Part shown: positions 36,529 through 48,084 of the stretch, piece by piece
Position numbering within the stretch: position 1 is the first letter of the stretch
Layout of the letters: each line of letters opens with the position of its first letter
NCBI GenBank assembly: GCA_964016885.1
Contig: OZ024760.1
Location: 32,860,001 to 32,924,000, forward strand
Source of the DNA: Eledone cirrhosa
Lineage: Eukaryota
DNA: 64,000 nucleotides
Direction: 5' to 3'
Program-made: the position numbers and the translations under genes
The notes under the pieces: generated by a model
Told to the model about the DNA's origin: nothing
Databases searched by the model: none
Seen by the model: only the letters and a program-made list of their open reading frames with translations

Positions 36529-36845
36529 TGAGGCACATGGCTTAGTGGTTGCGAGTTCAATTCTCAGACCGGGTGATGTGTTGTTTCCTTGAGCAAGACA
36601 CTTTATTTCACATTGCTCCAGTTTACTCAGCAGTAGAAATGAGATGATAGGGACCCTAGTCCCTATCACTCCACTGCAAAGTGGTCGTGGAGGTGCCACG
36701 GAAAAAAAAGCACCCAGCACTCACTGTAAATGAGGTTGGTGTTAGGAAGGGCATCCAGCTGTAGAAATCAAGCCAGAATCAGTTCCCGTCCCACCCTTGC
36801 ATGCGGGGAAAAGCGGACGTAAAATGAAATGATGATGATGATGAT
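36529..36845 (+). mobile_element. SINE family A inserted into the Penelope-like ORF
   Basis: Head has an internal deletion; it interrupts the reading SSFPSQ / YKYHSIFNR. Confidence 0.9.
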
Positions 36846-38883
36846 TGACTAGGGAAAGAGCTGTCCAAAGCTTTAAAGAATAGGTTTGCAATTGGTGTTT
36901 TAACTGCTACTGATGCAGGGGGGGGGGGGACCATATGACTGATTTAGTTCTAGTACTTTTCCTCCATTTGTTTGCCGTATGGGTGTTTGAATTATAATTA
37001 TTAGAGTTTTGTTTATATATGCCACTATTTTTATCAGGATTAAAACTTGGATTATTATTATCTACATATTCTATATTATTCTCATATCCTGCTCTTTTTA
37101 ACGCATCATTGTAGTATGCTGCATTATCATCAAATATTGCTTTATTGGCTGATATTCTATTAATGCATTTTTGCATACTATTTACTATAGCTTTTTTTAC
37201 AGATTTAGGGTGATTGGAGTAGTAACTAACATAGTTTAAGTTTTCATTGGGCTTATGAAAAGGGTAATAAAGACCAGAGTTTAAGTTAAATGTAACGTCT
37301 AGGAAATTAACTATTTTGGTACCATTTTCTACTTCTAACTTAAGGTCATACATTTTAAAGAATTCTATTATACTTTTCTTTACTCTATTTAGTTCAATAT
37401 TGTTGTGTTTGACCACCGTAAATAAAATGTCGTCCCTATATAAACCACCGGTAATCTCCGGCAGTTTTCTATTTATCATATTTAATAGGGAGCAGCAGCT
37501 GTTAGGGCAAGACGTGTTTTCTTGGGCTCTGCTAGAGTAAGCAGCAACACACAACCACGTGTTGCTACACACACACAAGAGGAAAGAGAAAATTTAAAAT
37601 TTATGAGACCAATAGAGATATGTACATTTATATATTTATATCTAGATATTGCTATTATCATTTACAGTCCCTCTGTGTTTAATGTATGTTCATTAGTATA
37701 TGTGTTGCTATTTCTGCTTGCATTTTGCATATATACATATATATATCTATATATATGCTTGCGTGGACCCCTCTCAAAAATTTGTTGGATTTTCTAATTG
37801 GATACCCCAACACTGGATACCAACACTGAATACACCTGAACTTCTACCAGGAAATCTTTCGTTGTCATTTCTGCTTGCATTTTACATATATAGATATATA
37901 TATCAATGGTTGCGTGGACCCCTCTTAAAGATTCGTTGGATTTTCTAATTGGTTACCCCGAAACTGGATACCAATCACTGAATACACCTGAACTTCTACC
38001 AGGAAATCTTTCATATCAGTGAAAATTTTCTTTTCTTTGCTTCATATATATATATTATATATACTTGTCCGCCATTGCAAAAGGCCATAAATTCAAAATT
38101 TTGAAGAGAGAGGAAAAGAGAGAAGTGATCTATGAACTTGTAACATCTCACTGACCCCCCCGTCACCACAATAACAATAACGCCTACACTCGCTCCCCAC
38201 CATCACCACATTACTCTAAGGTCGCTGTCCTGTCCCCTGTTGACATACTGCTGACTCTCTTTTGATGTATGTATGTGTATATACATATGTGTATGTGTGT
38301 GTATATGTGTATATCTCTGTGGATGCGACCAGATTTCAACACAGCAACAACTACAACAACAACAGCAGCAACACCAACAACAGCAGCAACAACACCATCG
38401 TCTGTGTTGAATGTGTGTGTATGTATTTGTATATATGCGACAGCAATAACAGCATCAACACCATTGTCTGCAGCAACAGCAGCAGTGAAATGAAGGACAA
38501 CAACAACAGTAACAACTACAATAACAACTACAGCACCAACAACTGCCACCACCATCACTGACCATCCACCACCACCACGCTGATACCATCCACCACCACC
38601 ACACTGACACCATCCACCACCGCCATTACCAGCGTAAACAAACAATTATTATTGTTATTGTTATTATATACAAGCCGAACTGGACTGGGAAAGGTCAACA
38701 GTTGACATGATAGTGATTTTGACAATTTTGACTTTGATTTTGATTTTGTATCAGTACTGTCGGTAATATATGTATATATATATATGTTTGTGAGTGGTGT
38801 GCGTGATTGTATGCATGAATGAGTGTTGGTATGTGTGGTTGTGGTTTGTATGCATGAGTATTAGTGTGTGAGTCGTGTCAATA

Positions 38884-38913
<30 letters not shown>

Positions 38914-38918
<5 letters not shown>

Positions 38919-41900
38919 GACCATGCTGTAAAATGGAGGGGTAGAGAGGGCCCTTGAGTCTAGTAAGACATCCTCTCTAGTGCTGGTGGCACAAATAAAA
39001 GCACCCAGTCCATGCTGTAAAGTGGCGCTGGTGTTAGGAAGGGCATCCAACCAGTGTATCAATGCCAAAAAGCTTATCAGCACAGCAACAAAACAGCATA
39101 GAAAAATATGAAGACATCGCATCTCAGAGTTGCAACACTTAATGTTGGCACTCTCAGAGGTAGAGCTGCTGAAATAGCGGAGATGCTGGAGAGAAGGCAG
39201 GTGGATGTGTGCTGCGTGCAAGAGGTGAGATGGAGAGGTGCCTCTGCGAGACTAGTCGTAGGCAAGCGTCTTAGCTATAAGCTATTCTGGGTAGGTAAGG
39301 ATGATGGGTTAGGGGGAGTAGGCATTTTCCTGGCTGAGAAATGGATCAATAAGACAATAGAGGTAGTTCGAGTTAGTAATCGAATAATTAAGCTTAGATT
39401 AGTTGTAGGTAGGAGACTACTGACAATCATCTCGGTCTATGCTCCCCAAGCAGGCCTAGGCAAAAATGAGAAAGACTGCTTTTATGAGCAACTCTTGCAA
39501 ACAACCACAATGACAGAGGACGGAGACATCGTTATGCTAGCAGGAGAGTTCAATGGTCATGTTGGACAGCTCCAGGATGGTTACACTGGGGTACATGGTG
39601 GGCACGGTTATGGTTCAAGAAATGAAGAAGGAGTGAGACTTCTTGAATTTTGTGATGCAAGTACATTGACTATTTGCAACACAAACTTCCAGAAACCTGC
39701 CAATCACCTAATAACCTACAAATCTGGTGAGCACATAAGCCAGATTGACTTCCTGCTAGTTAGGCAGCGGGACAGGCAGATAGTGTCTAATACCAAGGCA
39801 TACCCTGGGGAAGAATGTACCCCACAGCATAGGTTAGTTGTTAGTGATATCTCAGTAAGCAAGAGATGGAATGAGACATATAGGAAGGTGTGGAGAAGAA
39901 AGGTCTGGAAGCTAAAAGACCTTTCACTAAAATTCAAATTTAGGAAAGCCCTTCAAGATGTATATGACGAAAAAGAAGACGATTTAGAGACGTATGACAT
40001 AGATAATAACTGGAAGTTCTTACGTGACAACTTGCTGAAGGCTACTGATGAAACCTGTGGCTGGAGCAGAGCTCCAACCAGACAGAGAGTGACCTGGTGG
40101 TGGAACAGCAGTGTAGATAAGGCTATTAGAGACAAAAGACTAGCATGGAAGGCTTGGAATAAGGGTGGGAGTAGGGAAGAATATACAGCCACTAAGAGAG
40201 AAGCTAGACGCCAGGTGTACTTAGCACGCAGGGAGGCAGAGAGTAGGAGGTTTGCCAATGTTCTGCGACGGGAAGATCAGAGGCGTGCGGTGTTCCACAT
40301 TGCAAGGCAGTGTGTCAATGCAAATCAGGATGTTGTTGGTGATAAATGTGTCCGGGATGATGCCGGTGTACTTAGTGTCACGAATGACCAGAAAAAGGAG
40401 GCCTGGAAATGTCATTATGAGAGACTGATGAATGTGGAGAACGAATGGGAGAGAGAGAAATTACCCTTGGTAGATCCGACAGAGGGACCAGCTATTGAGA
40501 TTGATGAATATAGGGTCCAAGAGGCGATTAGGGAAATGAAGAATGGTAAGGCGGCCGGACCATCGGGAATAGTTGCTGAGATGCTGAAGGCATCAGGGGA
40601 CGTAGGCACTAAACTGGTTGCACGCATAATCAATCAGGCTATATATGGCGGTGTCATACCCAAAGATTGGTGCAGCAGTATTCTCATAAATTGCTACAAA
40701 GGTAAAGGGGATGCTTTGGAGAGGAGCAATTATAGGGGTATAAAACTGATAGATCAGGTTATGAAAGTGGCAGAAAGGATTTTAGCACAACTAATTAGAG
40801 AAAGGGTCAAACTAGATGAGATGCAGTTTGGTTTTGTGCCTGGGAAGAGTACAACAGATGCCCTCTTCTTGGTGAGACAAATGCAAGAGAGGTTCTTAGA
40901 GAAGAATAAGCCACTATACTTAGCCTTTGTTGACCTAGAGAAGGCCTTTGATAGGGTACCCCGATCTGTCATCTGGTGGTCCCTAAGGAAGCTGGGTGTT
41001 GAGGAATGGCTTGTAAGGACAGTGCAAACTTTGTACAGAGGTACTCTCAGTAAAGTCAGGGTAGGAATGGAGTTTAGTGAGGAATTCCAGATACAAGTAG
41101 GAGTACATCAGGGTTCGGTCCTCAGCCCGTTCTTGTTCATTATAGTCCTCCAAGCCATAACAGAGGAGTTTAAGACTGGCTGTCCATGGGAACTTCTCTA
41201 TGCTGACGATCTGGCTCTTATGGCAGAATCAGTAGAGGAGCTAGAGAATAAATTCCGGCTATGGAAACAGCAGTTGGAAGCAAGAGGACTGAGAGTAAAT
41301 CTAGCTAAGACAAAAGTGTTGATGAGTAGAAAAGAGGACAAAACCCTGATTCCGTCAGGGAAATGGCCATGTTCGATATGCAGAAAAGGAACTGGCATAA
41401 ATTCTATAAAATGCACACAATGTAGGTCCTGGGTACACAAGAGATGTAGCGGGATAGCAGGCAAACTAACAGGTAGGGAGAAATATGTATGCAGTAGATG
41501 TACAGGGAAATTAGACAGTAGAAGTCGCACTGATAGACACATTTTTCAAATGCGAGAGGGCGCTATAGAAGTGGTGGATAGCTTCTGGTACCTAGGAGAT
41601 CAGATTAGCATGGGAGGAGGGTGTTCCGAGGCCATAGTATCTAGAATAAGGACGGATTGGAAGAAGTTTAGGGAGCTGCTTCCTCTGTTGACGAAGAAGG
41701 GTTTCTCCCTGCGTACGAAAGGCCGGTTGTATGATGCCTGTGTGAGGAGCGCGATGCTGCATGGTAGTGAGACATGGGCAGCTACCGCAGAAGATATGCG
41801 ACGGCTGGAGAGAAATGAGGCAAGCATGCTCCGTTGGATGTGCAGTGTAAATGTGCGTGAACGACCCAGCATAAATGTGTTGAGAGAGAAACTGTGTCTG

Positions 41901-42208
41901 AGAGGGATAGAATGTAGTGTACGGGAGAGGAGACTGAGGTGGTATGGACATGTGATGCGCATGGAGGATGACCGATGGGTGAAGAAGTGCCAGAAAATGC
42001 CAGTTGAAGGAAAACGTGGTAGAGGTAGACCACGAAAAACATGGGCGGAGGTGGTGAGAACAGACCTCAGATCATTGAAGCTCACGGTGGAGATGACGAG
42101 GGACCGTGACGAGTGGAGAGATGCTGTGCTGAATAAGACCCGTCCCACCCTTGCAAGCAGGGAAAAGCGGACGTAAAATGATGATGATGATGATGCATGA
42201 TGATGATG
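38914..42208 (+). mobile_element. RTE-clade LINE, full length
   Basis: 5' UTR shared with the copy at 19975, single ORF, (ATG)n tail. Confidence 0.96.
39108..42176 (+). CDS. RTE LINE ORF (AP endonuclease, reverse transcriptase, PHD-like finger), 1022 aa uninterrupted
   Basis: ATLNVGTL, CVQEVRW, QIDF, PQHRLV, NYRGIKL, DLEKAFDRV, GVHQGS, LYADD, CSIC..CTQC..HKRC..CSRC, RRLRWYGH, GRPRKTW. Confidence 0.95.
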   Translation: MKTSHLRVATLNVGTLRGRAAEIAEMLERRQVDVCCVQEVRWRGASARLVVGKRLSYKLFWVGKDDGLGGVGIFLAEKWINKTIEVVRVSNRIIKLRLVVGRRLLTIISVYAPQAGLGKNEKDCFYEQLLQTTTMTEDGDIVMLAGEFNGHVGQLQDGYTGVHGGHGYGSRNEEGVRLLEFCDASTLTICNTNFQKPANHLITYKSGEHISQIDFLLVRQRDRQIVSNTKAYPGEECTPQHRLVVSDISVSKRWNETYRKVWRRKVWKLKDLSLKFKFRKALQDVYDEKEDDLETYDIDNNWKFLRDNLLKATDETCGWSRAPTRQRVTWWWNSSVDKAIRDKRLAWKAWNKGGSREEYTATKREARRQVYLARREAESRRFANVLRREDQRRAVFHIARQCVNANQDVVGDKCVRDDAGVLSVTNDQKKEAWKCHYERLMNVENEWEREKLPLVDPTEGPAIEIDEYRVQEAIREMKNGKAAGPSGIVAEMLKASGDVGTKLVARIINQAIYGGVIPKDWCSSILINCYKGKGDALERSNYRGIKLIDQVMKVAERILAQLIRERVKLDEMQFGFVPGKSTTDALFLVRQMQERFLEKNKPLYLAFVDLEKAFDRVPRSVIWWSLRKLGVEEWLVRTVQTLYRGTLSKVRVGMEFSEEFQIQVGVHQGSVLSPFLFIIVLQAITEEFKTGCPWELLYADDLALMAESVEELENKFRLWKQQLEARGLRVNLAKTKVLMSRKEDKTLIPSGKWPCSICRKGTGINSIKCTQCRSWVHKRCSGIAGKLTGREKYVCSRCTGKLDSRSRTDRHIFQMREGAIEVVDSFWYLGDQISMGGGCSEAIVSRIRTDWKKFRELLPLLTKKGFSLRTKGRLYDACVRSAMLHGSETWAATAEDMRRLERNEASMLRWMCSVNVRERPSINVLREKLCLRGIECSVRERRLRWYGHVMRMEDDRWVKKCQKMPVEGKRGRGRPRKTWAEVVRTDLRSLKLTVEMTRDRDEWRDAVLNKTRPTLASREKRT

Positions 42209-43019
42209 AATATGAAAATTCCCAGAAGATCTGTGATTTGCGCAGAATCGGATGCCCCCATAGTAATATCAAAGTTTCTATTTCTACCTGAGCGGGTCCA
42301 ATACTCATTGTTGAAGTTAATAAGAGTTTTTCTGGCTGTTAGTATTATATCAATTTCATCCGTGGTTAGATCAGTATGCTTATAAGCGTATGATAGAGCC
42401 TTATTTAGTAGGTTGGGTGATATGGAAGAATAGTAGTTTGTTATGTCCATCTGGATGAATTTATGGTTTTTCTTATCATCTATATTCTTGTACCATTCTA
42501 TGACTTCATTTGTATCTTTCCACAAGCTCAAATTAGATCTCAATTTAAGAGCAGGTAGGATTCTATAAAATTTATAAAATTAATATAAATAACCATCAAC
42601 TTTTAAATCCTAAAATTTTTATTCTTCACCCTAAAATAACATAAATTAAATATTAAATATTTTGAAATTTAACCGCTAAGTCTATATGTGAAAATTCTTT
42701 TGCATAAATTACTCCCCTTTATCTCTCCCTCTCTTTAATTATCTATCGGTTGCTTTCTCAAGCCAAAAACTGTAATAAAATTATAACTCCAGAGCCGTCT
42801 TCCTCTATAATCCTAATTTGTAGTATCCCAGATTTTAAAATCTCTATAACTGTTACATTAAAGCAATGTTTTTCTTACTCATACTTTCTCTATTGATTCT
42901 ATTACGTTTTCGCATGTTCTCATTATTAGGGTATAAATGTTGAGTTTTCTCATAAGTTAATCACTACCTTGATTAAATCTAAACCATTTAACATCTCAGG
43001 GTATGTCATGTATCATTTT

Positions 43020-43072
43020 ATTTTATCTGATGAGGACATACTGTTGTACCTCTGAAATATGTATAATAAAAT
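43020..43072 (+). ncRNA. type I hammerhead ribozyme, inverted Penelope-like terminal copy
   Basis: ATTTTAT-CTGATGA-GGACATAC(TGTT)GTACCTCT-GAAA-TATGTA-TA-ATAAAAT. Confidence 0.75.
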
Positions 43073-43248
43073 TTAATTGATCACAAGAACATCTATTTTA
43101 TTAATATTTGTATTTTAATATTAATAACTCTGAAAAATAATTTACTGTAGAGTGCTTCCAATCTACTGTAAAACTCATTATTTGATGTACTCATTGAATC
43201 TTGTTTAACTCTTTTATATATATAAATATATTTATATATATATATATA

Positions 43249-44145
43249 CAGGGTGAGGACGATATTTGTTTGTAATTTTCAACTGCTAATTTTATGCAAA
43301 TTTTTTTTTACTTCCGTTGTCACTCTTGTCTTCATAAAAACAGTGACTATATTTCCATTATTTATTTTCAGAATAATTGATTATGAATAATTTTGAACCT
43401 CCAAATTTGTGGAAGAGACACGGAGTTCTTCTTGGAATCCGCGCAGGGAGGAAGGACAAATAAGGAAATTTCAGACTTTCTCAGCATCAGCAGGAGAATG
43501 GTGTCTTATCCAAAGATGTGCCCAGAGCCATGCAGACAAAGTTTCCAGCGACAACATTGGTCTTAGGTGTCGTCAGCAGTCAAGGTGACGTCATGCCACC
43601 TCACTTCTTCCCCGAGGGCCTCAAGCTGAACACCGATGGCTACATCCGTGTTCTGAGCAAGGTAGTAAAGCCCTGGATCGACCAGGTAGCTGCAGGTAGG
43701 CCGTACGTGTAGCAGCAAGACTCAGCGGCCTGCCATACCAGCTGAAAAACTCAAGCCTGGCTGTCATAGAACTTCGTCGACCACACTTCACCTGACATCT
43801 GGCCTCCCAGCTCGCCTGACTGCAACCCCCTTGACTTCTTTGAGTGGGGCGCAGTGGAACGAGACACCAACAGATCTAGCTGCAATATGAAAGACGATCT
43901 GAAGGCCAGGATCACAAGTGCCTTTAGGGGCCTAAGTCGGGGAACAGTGACGAAGTCCTGAAGCCAGTTGCGAGGCTGCCTTGAGGCCGTTATCAAAGCC
44001 AATGGCGGGTTTATCGAGTGAGATCGAAAGAACAAGTCATGAAGACAAACTGATCCAAGTTTGATAAATATATCTTAAAAAATAAAACCACTGTGTTATA
44101 TTTTCCTAGACAGTAATCTTGCAAACAAATATCGTCCGCACCCTG
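43249..44145 (+). mobile_element. Tc1/mariner DD37D (maT) transposon, internally deleted, decayed
   Basis: TIRs CAGGGTGAGGACGATATTTGTTTG and CAAACAAATATCGTCCGCACCCTG with TA flanks. The transposase remnant has QQD followed by a D 37 residues later (WPPSSPDCNPLD), with in-frame stops. Confidence 0.9.
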
Positions 44146-44238
44146 TATATATATATATATATATGTATATGTGTGAGTTAGTGTATATATTTGTCTGTAT
44201 ATATATAGTGAAAGAGAAAGAGAAATATTGAAAGTTAC

Positions 44239-44319
44239 CTTCCAGGAATGTTAAGTCAGCTTTTAGTAATTTCTGCATTTCAAAAAGAGCGGAATGATAT
44301 TCAGCATTTATTTCATCAT
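44239..44319 (-). CDS. Trx-domain membrane protein exon 2
   Basis: tttcttcacag|...(Y)DEINAEYHSALFEMQKLLKADLTFLE|gtaact; phases 1/1 fit exons 1 and 3. Confidence 0.8.
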
Positions 44320-44357
44320 CTGTGAAGAAATAAGAGAAAGTTGGTTTAGATTGAATA

Positions 44358-44720
44358 ATAATTGCTTCTACTTTTGGCACAAGGCCAACAATTACCCCAG
44401 TGTATTACTGGTATTTTATTTTATCGACCCTGTAAGGATGAAAAGCAAAGTTAACCTTGGCGGATTTGAACTCAGAACATAAAGGGCCATAAGACTATGC
44501 TGCAAAGCATGGTGTCTGACACTCTACCGATACTGCCAAACCACATAATAATGGTTTCTACTTTAGGCACAAATTTTGGGGGGGAGGGGAAAGTTGATTA
44601 AATCAACTGCAATGTATTACTGGTGCTTTATTTTATCAACCCCATAGGATGAAAGGCAAAGCTAACCTCGGTGGGATTTGAACGTAAAGGGCCGTAACTC
44701 TATGCTGCGAAGCATAGAGT
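44358..44720 (-). mobile_element. SINE family B, two tandem copies
   Basis: Reverse complement of the 13957-14142 blocks, present twice. Confidence 0.8.
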
Positions 44721-45019
44721 TATACACTGGTATATATGACACACCAATAGTATGACACTATTGGTGTGTCATATATACCATATACACATATATATATATT
44801 ATATACATACATATAATTATACACACATATATTATATACATACACACACATATCCACACACGCACACACATGTATTCACACATACATATAATTATACACA
44901 CTCACACATATATATACATACACACATACATATATATCCACAGACACACATATATACATACACACGTATCCACACATACACACATGTATCCACACATATA
45001 CACATGTATCCACACATAT

Positions 45020-45052
<33 letters not shown>

Positions 45053-45265
45053 CACACGCACACACACACACAGATATATACACACACATATATATATAAT
45101 ATGAATGAGTAGGGCTGGTGGTATGTTATGCCACGGCTAGATTCCACCCCAAAACATGACAAATGACGATGTCTCTCTACATAGAATGTATTTATTGTTA
45201 TACATAATTAATAAACACAGTTCACACTTTAGCTGGCAGCAGATTTCATCCACTCACGAAAACCT

Positions 45266-45314
<49 letters not shown>

Positions 45315-45381
45315 ATATTATATATATATATATTATATATATATATATATTACATATATATATTATATATATAGAGAGAGA

Positions 45382-45477
45382 GTCCTCCCAAAATGTATAC
45401 ACACTTCAACAGCATTCTAATAAATATTGCCTGTAGAGGTAATCAAAGTGTGTATACATTTTGGGGGGACACCCTGT
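45382..45477. mobile_element. short Tc1/mariner-type MITE
   Basis: Inverted repeats cccaaaatgtatacacactt and aagtgtgtatacattttggg, ending gacaccctg. Confidence 0.65.
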
Positions 45478-46480
45478 CTATGTGTGTGTGTTATGTGAGT
45501 CCCGGGTTCAATCGGGGCTAGCCACAGTTAGTAAGGTACTCAATACATTAGTAGAGTGTAAACATCAAATTTAATATAGAAATGGCTTCTACAGGACTAG
45601 AACTGTTTCATTCAAAAGAAATCATCAAATGAAAGTTTTAGTCCCATACAAGCCATTTCGATACTAAACTTGATATATAGAGTCTGGAATTAGCTGTTGA
45701 AACGGCAAGATTTCAGACGTCGGGGTTCTGACTCTTTATAATATAAAGGCTGGGCGCCTTTAAAGAAGTGCATAATTAAAACAACGTCAGCATGTTTGAA
45801 ATAACCAAAAAATAATAAATGCCCAGATAGACAGACGATAAATAAAAGCTATGTGGACAACAATAAATAATAGATTAGTTTTACGTTGTTGCCCGTATAA
45901 TTGCCATCTCCGCCACCACCACCACCTTCATAACTCTAACAATTACCGCAGAATCAAAGGGACGTAACTCAGGGTAATTTTTTTTTTTTTTTACGAGATT
46001 TGGCTGAAAAGTTTATATGTTGACTGACTATGAAGGAGTGATGCTAGAACTGTGAAATCTTGCATGCATATAATTTCAACTCTCCTCTTTATTAATAAAC
46101 TGTATTATTTTGTTCCAATGTTGAAAAAATAAACCTCGTTTGGTCATTCCATGAGAGTGTCTTAGTCAGAATCTGAACTTTTCAGCCGAGCCTCGTATAA
46201 TGCCGCCGTGCAATATATATCTATATATATATATATATAAATGAGAGGTATAGAGATTGTTTTAGCAAGAAGCTAACGGCAATATAAACGAGGGAATATA
46301 TACGTAATAGTGAAAGAAATAAGATTAACAGAATAAAGTGAGAATTAATATTTCTATTCCCCGGTGAGGTTAGATTGTTGCAAACAATAGCGACAAATAC
46401 TTACACGGAAGAGACATAAGTATTCCTAGATACAAATACACATACGTATTCCTCTCTCTCTCTCTCTATATATATATATA

Positions 46481-46562
46481 ATAAAGTGTTAAACAATATT
46501 TAATGAGTATGTCAAAGAATGAGTTTTACAGTAGATTGGAAGCACTCTACAGTTTGAATTAT
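46481..46562 (-). mobile_element. extreme 3' terminus fragment of the Penelope-like family, in (TA)n
   Basis: Reverse complement of 43140-43215 (actgtagagtgcttccaatctactgtaaaactcatt). Confidence 0.7.
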
Positions 46563-46667
46563 ATATATAAAATTAATATATATATATATATATACACACA
46601 CACATACCTATAGACATACGTATTGCTATATATATATACACACACCTACACAGACATACGTATTCCC

Positions 46668-46702
<35 letters not shown>

Positions 46703-47552
46703 CACCTACACAGACAGGTACTTGAACGAACACAATAAGACAGACATGAAAACAAAACAAAAAGCAACAATGATCGCTTTTATTTAAACACGAGGCTAAA
46801 TCTATATGATACCCTAGTTTGCCACTGGTACTTTATTTTATCGCTCCCACTAAACCTATGAAGGAAATATTAGTCACAACGTCATTAAAATCTGATCACT
46901 TCGACACCTTTACCGTCTCGATCATTTAAAAACAAATAAATATTAGAAGATATATACTTAAGATATATTTCACAAATGTCTATATATATTAGTATTGTGG
47001 TTGATGTAATTAAATAAACACAAAGAACTCGGAATATATATATATATAGCGGAGATTAAGGGAGGTTCACGACTTTCTCAATATTATTTATAGAAACCAA
47101 AAGAGATTCACCTGAAATCAAAACCCTGGGTTCGCACTCCCAGTTTAATTAATGTAAACCCTGACAATATCAGCTTCTTGAGGTAAAATTTCGAAAAATA
47201 ATTCACAAGGGAAATCACAAGAACCAAATTATGCGATGTTTATGTCTTTCTTACGATGTTAATAGTTTGGTTAAAATATAAATGAAATACCGACAATTAG
47301 TTCGTTAATTGAGCTTAATTAATTTAAAAAAAGCCCAAACGCAAAATAAAATATATTTTTGTGTATATTTATAAGGTTCCTATCAATAATTAATTAATTA
47401 TATATACATATATGTACTCGTATTTAATCTTATATATTTGTTATATGTTAATAAAATCCTATAACTATTTCAAAAACAAAAAAGGGAAAACAGCAGAGCT
47501 TTGGGAGAGAAACAGATGTAGAAAGGTGGGATTGGTTTGGTTTAATACTTAC

Positions 47553-47706
47553 AAATAAGAATTAATGAATGTTGGGAGGTGATGAAACTGTGCATGGTGT
47601 TTGGTGTGACATCTTCGATAATTCGAAGACCTTCTCTAGATGCAATGGTTCGGAATAAGGTAATGACTGCCAACAGTACGGTCGGCCAGTCTAGATAGGT
47701 TGCCAT
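47553..47706 (-). CDS. Trx-domain membrane protein exon 1 (signal peptide)
   Basis: aacATGG start context; MATYLDWPTVLLAVITLFRTIASREGLRIIEDVTPNTMHSFITSQHSLILI|gtaagt. The nine exons sum to 930 nt, i.e. 309 aa plus stop. Confidence 0.82.
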
Positions 47707-48084
47707 GTTGTAAAAAGACCAAGTATCCACAAGAGATTTGACACCGGTAGACAGACAGACGGGGCACCGGTCTTGAGGGGGAGGACAACAGCAACAGTGA
47801 CAACAGCAGCTGCAGCCGAAAAACAGCAGCTGCAGCCGAAAAACAGCAGCTATTATAAACGGCAATAACAATAGCAACAACTATTATAAATAACAGCAGC
47901 AGCTATTGTAAACAACAGCAGCAGCGGCAATAACAGAAGCAGTTGTTTATAAATAACATCAGCGGCTATTATAACAGCGGCAGTGTCAGCAGCTAAATAC
48001 CTGAGCTGTTGAAATAATGTCCCTTTCATTGATTTAATTAATCACCGATTATCGAACTTTTCCACACCCCTCCCCGATCACTTC

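Larger units (their letters stand above)
32615..43215 (-). mobile_element. Penelope-like element (Naiad-type RT + GIY-YIG), 5'-truncated with inverted terminus, split by nested insertions
   Basis: Minus-strand ORF pieces: 42560-42211 (WKDTNEVIEW, DITNYYSSI, FDITMGASD), 37487-36847 (GLYRDD, NFLDV, SNHP) and 36528-35862 (CNCR..CPL..C, VYKC...YIGST, FKARFANH). 32615-33175 is the reverse complement of 42565-43120. Confidence 0.88.

Noticed and set aside
35862-37487. Selenocysteine recoding in the Naiad-type ORF
   Set aside because: The copy is decayed, and I could not identify a conserved in-frame TGA or a SECIS by eye; this needs a family consensus.
41600-42148. Long antisense ORFs over the RTE copies
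   Set aside because: Shadow frames of the LINE ORF with no independent motifs.
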